A DNA stretch of 64,000 nt from Phycisphaeraceae bacterium (lineage in GTDB: Bacteria; Planctomycetota; Phycisphaerae; Phycisphaerales; Phycisphaeraceae): contig OY771506.1 in assembly GCA_963674705.1 (NCBI GenBank), forward strand, positions 1,216,001-1,280,000, given 5' to 3'. The notes under the pieces are model-generated. The model saw only the letters and a program-made list of their open reading frames with translations. It searched no databases and had not been told where the DNA came from. Both the position numbers and the translations under genes were made by a program. Numbering within the stretch: the first letter of the stretch is position 1; every line of letters starts with the position of its first letter. Shown piece by piece: positions 17,646-27,458 of the stretch.

Positions 17646-20408
17646 ATGCTGATGACGGTTCGCCAAAGCGCTCGCAAGTTGAAGCGATTAAACACGATCG
17701 TGCTGCTTTGCATGATCGGTTTGTCGCTGGCCGCGTGCGCGTCGGCGATGCGCGTCTCAAAACAGCACACGCTCTCTTTAAATGAATCAGACGCGCCACC
17801 CGCGCTGCGAATGATTCCAACCGAAACCGAAAACGGCCTCGTTTATCGCTATCGCTTCCAGGATCTGGACAAATCAACATGGGTTGGCGTACGCACGGAC
17901 ACCGGCATAGATAAGCTTCTCCTCAAGCCTGTCCATGGCAGTGCAATTGTTGAGTATCGACCCGACACAGATGAATTGCTGCAACTCTCAGGTACGTGGC
18001 ATCTGTTTGAATACAAGCCCGCCGATGATGTTGAACCACAAACGGTTCACCTGGCCGGTTCTTTCAACGGCTGGTCGACCCACGCGCTACCGATGTTCAA
18101 CCGTGGCGATGATGTTTACCTCGCCCTGTTGAAACTGCCCGAGGGTGTGCACTGGTACAAGTTTGTCGTCAACGGCGGCACGTGGATCAACGACCCGGCC
18201 AGCGACAAGGAATTCGAGCAGCCGGATGGGAACTACGGCGTGAACTCCGCGGTGCTCGTCGGTGTCGATGCCCGTCACCTGCCTGCGCCGCAGCCGAACC
18301 ACATCGAAGCCTCGGCGGTTATTCATGATCCGGGCGATGTCCCAGACCGGGCGGCGGCTTCGCAATCACTATTGCGTCTGAGTATCCGTGTGCAGGCCGG
18401 CGATGTGGATCGCGTGTCGGCGCTCGTCGCGGCCGGCGACACGAAAGATTGGCAACACTACACGCTGCAACCCTGCGGCGAACAGGTCGGCCTCGAACGT
18501 TACGGCGCATTGATCCAGGTCGACGACCGACCGGTCAGCTACCTCTTCGAGTTGGTCGATGGCGACTTTACCCAATACCGCTCTGCCGACGGCCTCTTTG
18601 ACTCACTCGAACAGGCAAAACATTCCGCCTATACCTGCAAGATGTTGCCGTCCTTCGTCACGCCTGATTGGGCGAAGGATGCAGTGTGGTACCAGGTTTT
18701 CCCCGAACGCTTCCGCAATGGCGAAACATCCAACGACCCGCCGGACATGCAGCGGTGGCAGGCCGACTGGTGGGCCACATTGCCCGGCGAGGTTGAAGGC
18801 GAAGAAAACTTCTACCGCGGCCACGGTAACGTCTGGCGCAGACGCTTCGGCGGCGACATCCAGGGCGCTCGCGAAGCACTGCCCTACCTGCGCAAACTCG
18901 GTGTCAACACGCTCTACTTCAACCCGCTCTTTGAAGCCCGGAGCATGCACAAGTACGACACCAGCGACTTCCGCCACATCGACGACAACTTCACACTCAA
19001 GTATGACCCCGCCATCCTCGAAAACGAAACCGACGACCCCGCCACCTGGGTCTGGACGCCCGGCGATCAACTCTTCCTCGACTTCATCGAAGAAGCACAC
19101 CGCCAGGGATTCAAAGTCGTCATAGACGGCGTCTTCAATCACGTCGGCGAATGGCACTACGCGTTCCGCGATGTTTTAGAGAACGGCAAAGACTCTCGCT
19201 ACGCCGACTGGTTCGAGATCATCGACTGGGGCGATGGCGGCGAACCCGGCAAGCCCGGCGGCATCCAGTGGCGCGGCTGGGATCGCGACAATGGCCAACT
19301 GCCGTTACTGAAAAAAGACCCGGTGCATGGCCTGGCCGACGGCCCGCGTCAACACATCTTCGATATCACAACGCGGTGGATGGCGCCCAACGGCGATCCG
19401 TCCAAGGGTATCGACGGCTGGCGCCTCGACGTCGCGCCCGATATCCCGCACCCCTTCTGGATCGAGTGGCGCAAACACGTCAAGTCCATCAATCCCGATG
19501 CCATCATCACCGGCGAGGTCTGGACGTGGGCGCAGCCCTGGCTCGAAGGCGATCAGTTCGATGCGGTGATGAACTACCAGTTCGCCATCCCCGCGCAGGA
19601 CTTCTTCGTCGATGTGAAAACGTGCATTAGTCCAAGTGAGTTTTCTGCGCTGCTCAATCAGTTGGTCTATGCCTACCCGTTGCAGGCCGCGCTGGTCATG
19701 CAGAACATGCTCGACAGCCACGACACCGACCGCCTTGCATCCATGTTCGTCAATCCCGACCGCGGTTACGACACCACCAACCGCATGCAGGATACCGGCC
19801 CCGACTACAGCCTCGATAAACCCAACACCGAGCAACGCAAGCGCATGAAGCAGCAGCTCGTCTGCCAGATGACATTTGTCGGCGCTCCGATGATCTACTA
19901 CGGCACGGAAGCCGGCATGTGGGGCCCGGATGATCCCTCCAACCGCATGCCCATGATATGGCAGGACCTGATGCCTTACGACGATCCGAACGTCACCTTC
20001 GACCAGGACCTGTTCGATTGGTATCAGCGCCTGATCGCTCTTCGCCACGGTCTGCCCCCGCTGCGCCGCGGCTTCTTCCGCACACTCATCGCGGATGATG
20101 AAACCGGCGTTCTGGCTTACGCCCGCGACCTCGACAACGACCACGTCTACATCGTCCTTAACCGCTCGGCTGAGTCGCGGCAGGTTACGCTGAACCTCGC
20201 CGCGAATGGTGAGGGCGTGCAGCTGATCGACTGGCTCGATCCCACCCAGGCCCACATTGTGCCGGCCGACCCCGCCGACCCGACCGCGCGGCCGAAGCTG
20301 ATTGTGAACGAAGACAACGGCGATAAACTTATATATAACAGCACCGTTATACTTACGCTCCCGGCCTACGGGTCGGCGGTACTGTCAGACAGGCAGCAGA
20401 TGAGATAA
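17646..20408 (+). CDS. GH13 neopullulanase/cyclomaltodextrinase-like enzyme with CBM48-like domain, possible lipoprotein
   Basis: LAAC lipobox-like; LAGSFNGW...YKFVVNG; WYQVFPERF, HKYDT, DGVFNH, GWRLDV, GEVW, DSHD. Confidence 0.9.
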   Translation: MLMTVRQSARKLKRLNTIVLLCMIGLSLAACASAMRVSKQHTLSLNESDAPPALRMIPTETENGLVYRYRFQDLDKSTWVGVRTDTGIDKLLLKPVHGSAIVEYRPDTDELLQLSGTWHLFEYKPADDVEPQTVHLAGSFNGWSTHALPMFNRGDDVYLALLKLPEGVHWYKFVVNGGTWINDPASDKEFEQPDGNYGVNSAVLVGVDARHLPAPQPNHIEASAVIHDPGDVPDRAAASQSLLRLSIRVQAGDVDRVSALVAAGDTKDWQHYTLQPCGEQVGLERYGALIQVDDRPVSYLFELVDGDFTQYRSADGLFDSLEQAKHSAYTCKMLPSFVTPDWAKDAVWYQVFPERFRNGETSNDPPDMQRWQADWWATLPGEVEGEENFYRGHGNVWRRRFGGDIQGAREALPYLRKLGVNTLYFNPLFEARSMHKYDTSDFRHIDDNFTLKYDPAILENETDDPATWVWTPGDQLFLDFIEEAHRQGFKVVIDGVFNHVGEWHYAFRDVLENGKDSRYADWFEIIDWGDGGEPGKPGGIQWRGWDRDNGQLPLLKKDPVHGLADGPRQHIFDITTRWMAPNGDPSKGIDGWRLDVAPDIPHPFWIEWRKHVKSINPDAIITGEVWTWAQPWLEGDQFDAVMNYQFAIPAQDFFVDVKTCISPSEFSALLNQLVYAYPLQAALVMQNMLDSHDTDRLASMFVNPDRGYDTTNRMQDTGPDYSLDKPNTEQRKRMKQQLVCQMTFVGAPMIYYGTEAGMWGPDDPSNRMPMIWQDLMPYDDPNVTFDQDLFDWYQRLIALRHGLPPLRRGFFRTLIADDETGVLAYARDLDNDHVYIVLNRSAESRQVTLNLAANGEGVQLIDWLDPTQAHIVPADPADPTARPKLIVNEDNGDKLIYNSTVILTLPAYGSAVLSDRQQMR

Positions 20409-20521
20409 ATCCCCGCCAGCAGGCTCCAGGCACGGTTGGTGGTAGAAAAATATAGCAAATATGCTATAGTAAACAAAATCAGACCCACCGCTCGCATGCG
20501 GCACCTTTGGAGGTAAACACC

Positions 20522-22981
20522 ATGACCCTGGCCCGCGTACTTCGATGGCTCCTGGCCTTCGCGGCGGCGCTGGTCATCGTCTGGTCGTTCTTCGACGTCG
20601 GCATCCGGGCCGTCAAACGCTGGGACCTCACCAACAGCGACACACGTACCGAACTGACCATCCTCCACTGGGGCGACAACGACGAAATCGAGATCGTCCA
20701 GAAACTCGTCGACCAGTTCGAGGCCGAGCACCCGGATATCAAGATCAACCGGCTGCACGCTTCGGACTACATGACCAAGCTCAACACCATGTTTGCTGCG
20801 GGCGATCCGCCGGACCTGTTCTACCTTCCAGCAGAAGAAGTGCCCAAGATGGCGGGCATGGGACTGCTCGCCCCGATCGACGACCGCATCGATCAGGATG
20901 TTAAAGAAACCGGCAACGACTGGATCAGCGACTTCTTCCCTGTCATCGTCAACGCCTACCGCTTCCAGGACGGTGTCATCGGCGAGGGGCCTCTCTACGG
21001 CATCCCTAAAGACTTCACGCCCATGGTCATGTACGCCAACCTCCAGCTCTTCCAAAGGGCCGGCGTCAAAGTGCCATACGACGGCTGGACGTGGGATGAG
21101 TTCGAAGAGGACATGAAGAAGATCAGCGCCCTGGAAGACCCCAACGGCAAGGTCTACGGCTCGGTCATCGCAAGCTGGGCGCTGGTCCTCCGTGACATCG
21201 TCTGGTCGCATGGCGGGGACTACTTCAATGGCAGCGACTTCGAAGACGTCACCGTCGATGAACCCGAAGCCGTCGCCGCCCTCGAACGCATCCGCCGGAT
21301 GCGCTTTGTTGATAAGACCGCCTACAACGCATCCAGCGGCGACGCACAGGGCCTCGGTGAACAGGAGTTCTACACCGGCCGCGTCGGTGTCGTCGGACCG
21401 ATCGGTCGATGGAAGACGCCTCGCTTCCGCTCGATCGACAGCTTCGACTGGGATGTCGTTCCCATGCCGCACACGCCCGGCGTACCTCGTGCTACCGCGA
21501 TCGCGACCACTGCATGGTCCATGTCGTCTACTACGGAACACCCGGATGAAGCCTTCGAGTTATTGAAGTTCCTCTGCGGGCCCGACGGCCAGGTACTCAC
21601 CGCCCAGTCCGGCCTCGCCGTGCCTTGCATCCGCTCGGTTGCGGAAAGCGATGACTTCCTTCAACTCAACCAGCGCCCCGCCAACGCGAAACTTTTCGTC
21701 GACTTGATCGACGTCAGCCGACTCGGGCAGTTGCCTGCTGAATCCGAGTTTGTCCGCATCCTTCAGGACGAGACCGAACGCGCGATCCGTTTGAATCAGA
21801 AAACACCGCAGCAGGCCGCGAAAGATATCCAGTCGCGCTGGCTCGAGGAATTGAAGTCGCCGTTGCGTAACCGCTCTTATCCGAAGATGCCCTGGAAGAT
21901 CGTGACATCTTCCGCGGCGGGGCTGCTTTTCGTAGCCATCGTCGTCTTGTTCCTCTGGTTGCGTCGCGAAAAACTCGGCGCGATCGATCGTGCTCAAGAA
22001 CGTGCGGGCTGGATATTTATCTCGCCTTGGATCATCGGCTTCCTGCTCTTGACCTTCGGCCCGATGCTGATATCGCTGCTGCTGGCGCTTTCGCGCTGGA
22101 CGAGTATGCAGCCATTACACGAAGCCGAATTCGTCGGCCTGGCGAACTTCGGCCACATGGTCAACTACGACTCCAACTTCCTTACCAGTGTGTGGGTCAC
22201 CACCTATTACGCACTGCTGGCCGTGCCGTTCGGCCAGGTACTGGCGTTACTCGTTGCTGTGCTGATGAACCAGAAAGTCCGCGGCATCGCGGTCTACCGC
22301 ACCATCTTCTTCGTCCCCTCCGTCGTCTCCGGCGTCGCGCTGGCGACGTTGTGGGTGATGATGTTCGATGACCAGAAAGGCATCATCAACCGGATACTGG
22401 CACCGTTTTGTGGGGTGATTAATAGTCCGGGTTGGATTCGATCCTATTTTGATTTAAGCAAAGATGCACTAGAACAGTTGTGGTACTGGGGCATTGGCCC
22501 ACACAATCCAGTTCATATCGCCCCCCCCGACTGGTTCGGCCAGGATGCGCAATACTTCGCGATCCCCGCATACGTCATCATGGCCCTGTGGGGCGTCGGC
22601 GCCGGCATGGTGATCTACCTTGCGGGCCTCAAGGGCATCCCCGAATCGCTCTACGAAGCCGCGACCATCGACGGGGCCGGCCGCATGCGTGCGTTTTTCA
22701 ATGTCACGCTCCCGCAGCTATCGCCGTTGATCTTCTTCAACCTCGTCATGGGCATCATTGGTTCGTTCCAGGTTTTCACGCAGGTCTACGTCATGACTAA
22801 CGGCGGACCCGGCAACGCAACACTCGTCTACGTCCTGAAGCTCTACCGCGAAGCCTTCGAATACCACAAGATGGGTTACGCCTCCGCGATGGCGTGGGTC
22901 CTGTTCCTTGTTCTGCTTGTACTCACCCTCTTCGTCGTCAAGACAAGCAAGAGCTGGGTCCATTATGAGGGGCTCAAATAA
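20522..22981 (+). CDS. fused sugar ABC substrate-binding protein plus MalF-type permease
   Basis: SBP_bac_1-type N-terminal two-thirds (AAGDPPDLFY, LYGIPKDFT); C-terminal TMs with EAA loop LYEAATIDGAG. Confidence 0.9.
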   Translation: MTLARVLRWLLAFAAALVIVWSFFDVGIRAVKRWDLTNSDTRTELTILHWGDNDEIEIVQKLVDQFEAEHPDIKINRLHASDYMTKLNTMFAAGDPPDLFYLPAEEVPKMAGMGLLAPIDDRIDQDVKETGNDWISDFFPVIVNAYRFQDGVIGEGPLYGIPKDFTPMVMYANLQLFQRAGVKVPYDGWTWDEFEEDMKKISALEDPNGKVYGSVIASWALVLRDIVWSHGGDYFNGSDFEDVTVDEPEAVAALERIRRMRFVDKTAYNASSGDAQGLGEQEFYTGRVGVVGPIGRWKTPRFRSIDSFDWDVVPMPHTPGVPRATAIATTAWSMSSTTEHPDEAFELLKFLCGPDGQVLTAQSGLAVPCIRSVAESDDFLQLNQRPANAKLFVDLIDVSRLGQLPAESEFVRILQDETERAIRLNQKTPQQAAKDIQSRWLEELKSPLRNRSYPKMPWKIVTSSAAGLLFVAIVVLFLWLRREKLGAIDRAQERAGWIFISPWIIGFLLLTFGPMLISLLLALSRWTSMQPLHEAEFVGLANFGHMVNYDSNFLTSVWVTTYYALLAVPFGQVLALLVAVLMNQKVRGIAVYRTIFFVPSVVSGVALATLWVMMFDDQKGIINRILAPFCGVINSPGWIRSYFDLSKDALEQLWYWGIGPHNPVHIAPPDWFGQDAQYFAIPAYVIMALWGVGAGMVIYLAGLKGIPESLYEAATIDGAGRMRAFFNVTLPQLSPLIFFNLVMGIIGSFQVFTQVYVMTNGGPGNATLVYVLKLYREAFEYHKMGYASAMAWVLFLVLLVLTLFVVKTSKSWVHYEGLK

Positions 22982-22982
22982 A

Positions 22983-24065
22983 ATGGCGAATGACGAAGCA
23001 CGAATGTCGAAAGAATGTCCAAATGATGAAAATCAAATGGCGGTAGAGTCGGCTCATTCGTCATTCGAGCCCCGCTCCCGCAGGCGCCCCGACGGTCATA
23101 CCATTCTGGTCTATTCCCTGCTCTTCTTCGGCGCTTTCCTGCTGCTGGTCCCGTTCTACTGGATGATCTCTAACAGCCTGAAGACCGAAGCCGAAGCAAG
23201 CAAGATCCCGCCGACGCTGCTGCCCATGGCGTCCTACATCAATGTTGAAGGTGAATCCATCGAAGTCGCGCTCGGCGAAAAGTTCGACGACGGCACGATC
23301 CGCGTCACACTCAAAGCAGGCGAAAACGATCCTCGCACGGGTAGCGAATACATCGTTCAGGAATCGGACATCGAGCGTAAACTCACACCGCGCTGGGAGA
23401 ACTACCCCAACTCGCTGAAGCACATGAAGTTCACGAACGCCTTGGCGAACACCACCGTCATCACCGTGCTCTGCGTGATCGGTCAGATCCTCTCATCGAG
23501 CCTCGTTGGCTTCGGCTTTGCACGATTCCGTTTCCGCGGACGTAACTTCCTGTTCATGTTGATGCTTTCGACGATGATGCTCCCGCCGCAGGTCAGCATG
23601 ATCCCGCTGTTTATCATCTTCCGTCATCTGGGCATGATCGATTCGATCTGGCCGCTGGTCATCCCGATGTGGTTGGGTTCGCCGTTCTACGTCTTCATGT
23701 TCCGCCAGTTCTTCACGCAGGTCCCCGAAGAATTGGTCGAAGCGGCGCGCATCGACGGCGCGGGCAACCGGAAGATCTACTGGTGGCTGATGCTGCCGCT
23801 ATCCGGCCCCGTCATCGCGATCGTCGCGATCTACACGTTCATGTTTACGTGGAACGACTTCCTCGGCCCGCTGATCTACCTCAACAGCCCCGAGAACCGC
23901 ACACTCACCCTCGCGCTCAACGCATTCAACGGCCAGTACGGCACCACCAGCGTGCAACTGCTCATGGCCGCAAGCTTCGTCACCATGCTCCCCTGCATCC
24001 TCCTGTTCTTCGCCGCCCAACGCTACTTCGTGCAGAGCACCGCAAGCAGCGGGTTGAAGGGCTGA
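22983..24065 (+). CDS. sugar ABC permease (MalG-type)
   Basis: EAARIDGA loop, WNDFLGPLIYL; starts immediately after the upstream stop. Confidence 0.92.
   Translation: MANDEARMSKECPNDENQMAVESAHSSFEPRSRRRPDGHTILVYSLLFFGAFLLLVPFYWMISNSLKTEAEASKIPPTLLPMASYINVEGESIEVALGEKFDDGTIRVTLKAGENDPRTGSEYIVQESDIERKLTPRWENYPNSLKHMKFTNALANTTVITVLCVIGQILSSSLVGFGFARFRFRGRNFLFMLMLSTMMLPPQVSMIPLFIIFRHLGMIDSIWPLVIPMWLGSPFYVFMFRQFFTQVPEELVEAARIDGAGNRKIYWWLMLPLSGPVIAIVAIYTFMFTWNDFLGPLIYLNSPENRTLTLALNAFNGQYGTTSVQLLMAASFVTMLPCILLFFAAQRYFVQSTASSGLKG
22987..23067. repeat. heptamer-like inverted repeat inside permease N-terminus
   Basis: cgaatgacgaa ... ttcgtcattcg arms with internal (c)gaatg repeats. Confidence 0.65.
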
Positions 24066-24211
24066 TGCGCTCTGCGCTCAGCGCGGGTCTCCCGCCCCCG
24101 CCGTAAAACATGACCGAAGGTCTCCATGGCTCAAGAACCGCGCCGAGCCAAGAAAAACCTTTACATGTAACCCGCCGCCCCATACCATCGTATGAGTTGG
24201 CGGGAGCTTTC

Positions 24212-25846
24212 ATGCGCACTGATTGTTTACGAATCCACCGTATTTTTCGGCACACCGTGCTATGCATGGTTTGTCTGCTGTGCATGTCAACACCGCTGCA
24301 TGCCGACGACACACTCACCGATCACCAGCTGGCACGCCACGTCCTGACACGCATGGGATTCGGCCCGGCGCCCGGTGAAGTCGACAAGGTTGTCGAAATC
24401 GGCTGGGAAACCTGGGTCCGCCAGCAACTTGATCCGGATTCGATCGACAACGATGCATGCAATGATTACGTCCGCAAACACTATCCATCGTTAACCATGA
24501 CGATGGACCAGGTGTTCTACGAATATCAGCCCGCATACGAAAACAATCCGCCGACTCAGGACGAGATCAGGAAACGCAATGAGCTGCGCTATAAACTCAA
24601 CCGCGAGTTGACTGCTTCAGTTCTCTATCGTGCGACGCACAGCGAATGCCGCTTTGAAGAAGTCATGGCCGAGTTCTGGCGCAACCACTTCAATATCGAT
24701 CAGAACAAAGATGAGGTGCAATACCTCGCCGCCAACTACGAGCAGACGGTGATCCGCCGACACATGTTCGGCAAGTTCTCCAACATGCTGCTCGCCTCCG
24801 CACGCCACCCGGCGATGCTCATCTACCTCGACAACGATGTCAGCCAGAAACCATTGAGCGAACGCGAACAGAGCCTGATGACACGCTTCGAGAGCAAGCG
24901 TTACCAGCCGCGCATCGTCCAGTCACTCGGCCGACAACGCGGGCTCAACGAAAACTACGCTCGCGAGGTGATGGAACTGCATACGCTCGGCGTCGACAAC
25001 GAAAACCGTAAGGGCGGCTACTCTCAGCACGACGTCACCGAGTTGGCACGCCTACTCACAGGCTGGACGGCCGGGCGGACCGGCGAATCCATGACCATGA
25101 TGAGCGACGGCGCAGGCTACGGCTTCCGCTTCCGCCCGGAAGTCCACGACGACAAACCCAAGAACGTCCTCGGCATGTATTTTGACGGTGACGAGGGCGA
25201 GGCCGGCGGCGTACGCTTCCTCAAAGCACTCGGTGAACACAAACAGACCGCACGCTTCATGTCTTTCAAACTCTGCCGATACCTTATCTGTGACGATCCA
25301 CCTGAAAAACTCGTCGATCACATCGCGCAAGTATTCGAAGAAACCGACGGCGACCTGACACGCGTCTACGAAGCGATCCTCTTCAGTGATGCATTCAAAG
25401 ACCCCGCCAACTACCGCGCCAAGTTCCGCACGCCTTTCGAGTTTGTCATCGCTTCATTGCGTGCAACCGATGCGCAGGTGACGAACTACAACGGCACACG
25501 CGAAGCGCTTCGCCGGATGGGTCAGCCCGTGTATAGCTGCGTCGATCCGACCGGTTACGCCGACACCGCCGAGGCATGGCTCGACCCCGGCGTGTTGATG
25601 TATCGCTGGGACTTCGCCCTGCGACTTGCCGAGGACAGACTCGCCGGCGTGAAACTGCCCAAGACATTCTTCAGTGATTTGAAAGCCGATGACCCCGCCA
25701 TCCTGAAACGCACGCTTGCTGAAAAACTCTTAGGCGGCAGCGACATCAACGGCTGGGATGACCTGGAAAATGCGTTGGGTGATAAACCAGAAGCCAAGAA
25801 TGCCACGGGCCTGGTGCTTGGCTCACCGATGTTTCAGCAGCAGTAG
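24212..25846 (+). CDS. DUF1800 family protein, secreted
   Basis: RMGFG, FWRNHFN, HPAMLIYLDN, NENYAREVMELHTLG, SPMFQ. Confidence 0.9.
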   Translation: MRTDCLRIHRIFRHTVLCMVCLLCMSTPLHADDTLTDHQLARHVLTRMGFGPAPGEVDKVVEIGWETWVRQQLDPDSIDNDACNDYVRKHYPSLTMTMDQVFYEYQPAYENNPPTQDEIRKRNELRYKLNRELTASVLYRATHSECRFEEVMAEFWRNHFNIDQNKDEVQYLAANYEQTVIRRHMFGKFSNMLLASARHPAMLIYLDNDVSQKPLSEREQSLMTRFESKRYQPRIVQSLGRQRGLNENYAREVMELHTLGVDNENRKGGYSQHDVTELARLLTGWTAGRTGESMTMMSDGAGYGFRFRPEVHDDKPKNVLGMYFDGDEGEAGGVRFLKALGEHKQTARFMSFKLCRYLICDDPPEKLVDHIAQVFEETDGDLTRVYEAILFSDAFKDPANYRAKFRTPFEFVIASLRATDAQVTNYNGTREALRRMGQPVYSCVDPTGYADTAEAWLDPGVLMYRWDFALRLAEDRLAGVKLPKTFFSDLKADDPAILKRTLAEKLLGGSDINGWDDLENALGDKPEAKNATGLVLGSPMFQQQ

Positions 25847-25873
25847 AATGAACCGCGAAGGCGCGAAGAAGTG

Positions 25874-25945
25874 AGCCGCAAATGAACGCTAATGCACGCA
25901 AATGTTGAATCCCTTATTCGCGTCCATTAGCGTTCATTCGCGGCT
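25874..25945. repeat. nonamer-periodic inverted repeat (AGCCGC-headed)
   Basis: agccgcaaatgaacgctaatgcacgcaaat / attcgcgtccattagcgttcattcgcggct. Confidence 0.8.
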
Positions 25946-25961
25946 AAAAATCGGAGTTCAC

Positions 25962-27263
25962 ATGCCATCAACACGCAGGCAATTCATGAAGACCACCGGC
26001 TCGCTCGCCTTGGGCGCTGCCGGGCTCGGTACGTTCGGGCCGTACAACGTCTTCGGCGCAAACGCCGCCGAGGCTGCCGGCAAACCGACACTCGTCGTGC
26101 TCTACCTGCGCGGCGGATCCGATCCGCTTAGCACGCTTATCCCCTACGGCGACCAAACGTACTACAACCTCCGCCCCACCATCGCCATCCCCGCACCCGG
26201 CGAATCAAACAACAATCAATCCGTCATCGCCTTCAGCCGTTACTTCGGTTTTCATCCGTCCATGGCAGGCCTCGCACGGCTGTACAAAAAGAAACTCATG
26301 GCCGCAGTCGTCAACGCGGGTTCCACACACCCGACGCGCAGCCACTTCGACGCACAGGACTTCATGGAACGCGCCGCCCCCGGGATCAAGAGCGTCACCG
26401 AAGGTTGGCTCAACCGTTATCTCTATCTTACCAAGTCCACCAACGACTCCGACCTGCGCGCGGTTACTTTCCAGCCCGTGCTCCCCCGCAGCATGCGAGG
26501 CCAATACCCCGCCCTTGCCGTGCCCGATCCAGAAGCACAAAAAGCCGCCAGCGCATTTGCGAGCCTCTACGGCTGTGATGATGAAAAAGACACAGCCAAG
26601 GATCAGACACCCGCCACCGATCAAACAACCGACGCGCCATCCACCGGCCAACAACGCATCGTCGAAGCCGGCTCACTTGGCATCACGCGCCTCAACCGTC
26701 TCAACGAGGTACTCAACAACGAAGCGTACAACACCACGGCCAAATACCCCGAGACGAACCTCGGCAGACAGTTCCGCGATGTGGCGCGGCTCATCAAAGC
26801 AGGCGTCGGCCTGGAAGTTACGGCAATCGATTACAACGGCTGGGACCACCACGCCATGCAGGGCGGCAGCGCCGGCGTCTTCGGCCAGATGATGGGCAAC
26901 GTCTCGCAGTCCATCGAAGCGTTCGTCGAAGATATCGGCCCGGCGATCGACCGCACGGTCGTCATGACCATGAGCGAGTTCGGCCGAACCGCGCGCGAAA
27001 ACGGCAACAGCGGTTCGGATCACGGCCACGGCGGATACATGCTGCTGGTCGGCGGGCCCATCAACGGCGGCAAGGTCTTCGGCAAGTGGACCGGCCTCGG
27101 CAGCCGCAACCTCTACGAAGGGCGCGACCTGCCCGTATACACCGACTTCCGCGACGTCTTCGCCGAAGTCCTCGCCGGGCTCTACGGCTTCCAGGCCGAC
27201 AGCCACCAGTTCTTCCCCGAATATGATGCCAACGACAAACCCATGGGGCTCATCAAATCCTAA
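25962..27263 (+). CDS. DUF1501 family protein, Tat-exported
   Basis: TRRQFMK Tat motif; LRGGSD, RSHFDAQD, GWDHH, SEFGRT..EN...GSDHG. Confidence 0.92.
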   Translation: MPSTRRQFMKTTGSLALGAAGLGTFGPYNVFGANAAEAAGKPTLVVLYLRGGSDPLSTLIPYGDQTYYNLRPTIAIPAPGESNNNQSVIAFSRYFGFHPSMAGLARLYKKKLMAAVVNAGSTHPTRSHFDAQDFMERAAPGIKSVTEGWLNRYLYLTKSTNDSDLRAVTFQPVLPRSMRGQYPALAVPDPEAQKAASAFASLYGCDDEKDTAKDQTPATDQTTDAPSTGQQRIVEAGSLGITRLNRLNEVLNNEAYNTTAKYPETNLGRQFRDVARLIKAGVGLEVTAIDYNGWDHHAMQGGSAGVFGQMMGNVSQSIEAFVEDIGPAIDRTVVMTMSEFGRTARENGNSGSDHGHGGYMLLVGGPINGGKVFGKWTGLGSRNLYEGRDLPVYTDFRDVFAEVLAGLYGFQADSHQFFPEYDANDKPMGLIKS

Positions 27264-27458
27264 TTTTCTGACGCCGCCTCTAAGAATATTGTTTGAAGAT
27301 GGTTATGGTTGTATTACTGTTCTGATGGCGGATAAACTTCCATTACGCGCTTGACCGCGAATCATAAACACCGACACTGTAAGGCTCTGTCGTCATGCCG
27401 TGTCTGTGGCTGACGTGCGTACGAATGGTTACATATCCAAGCTGACGAGGTTTCTGCA

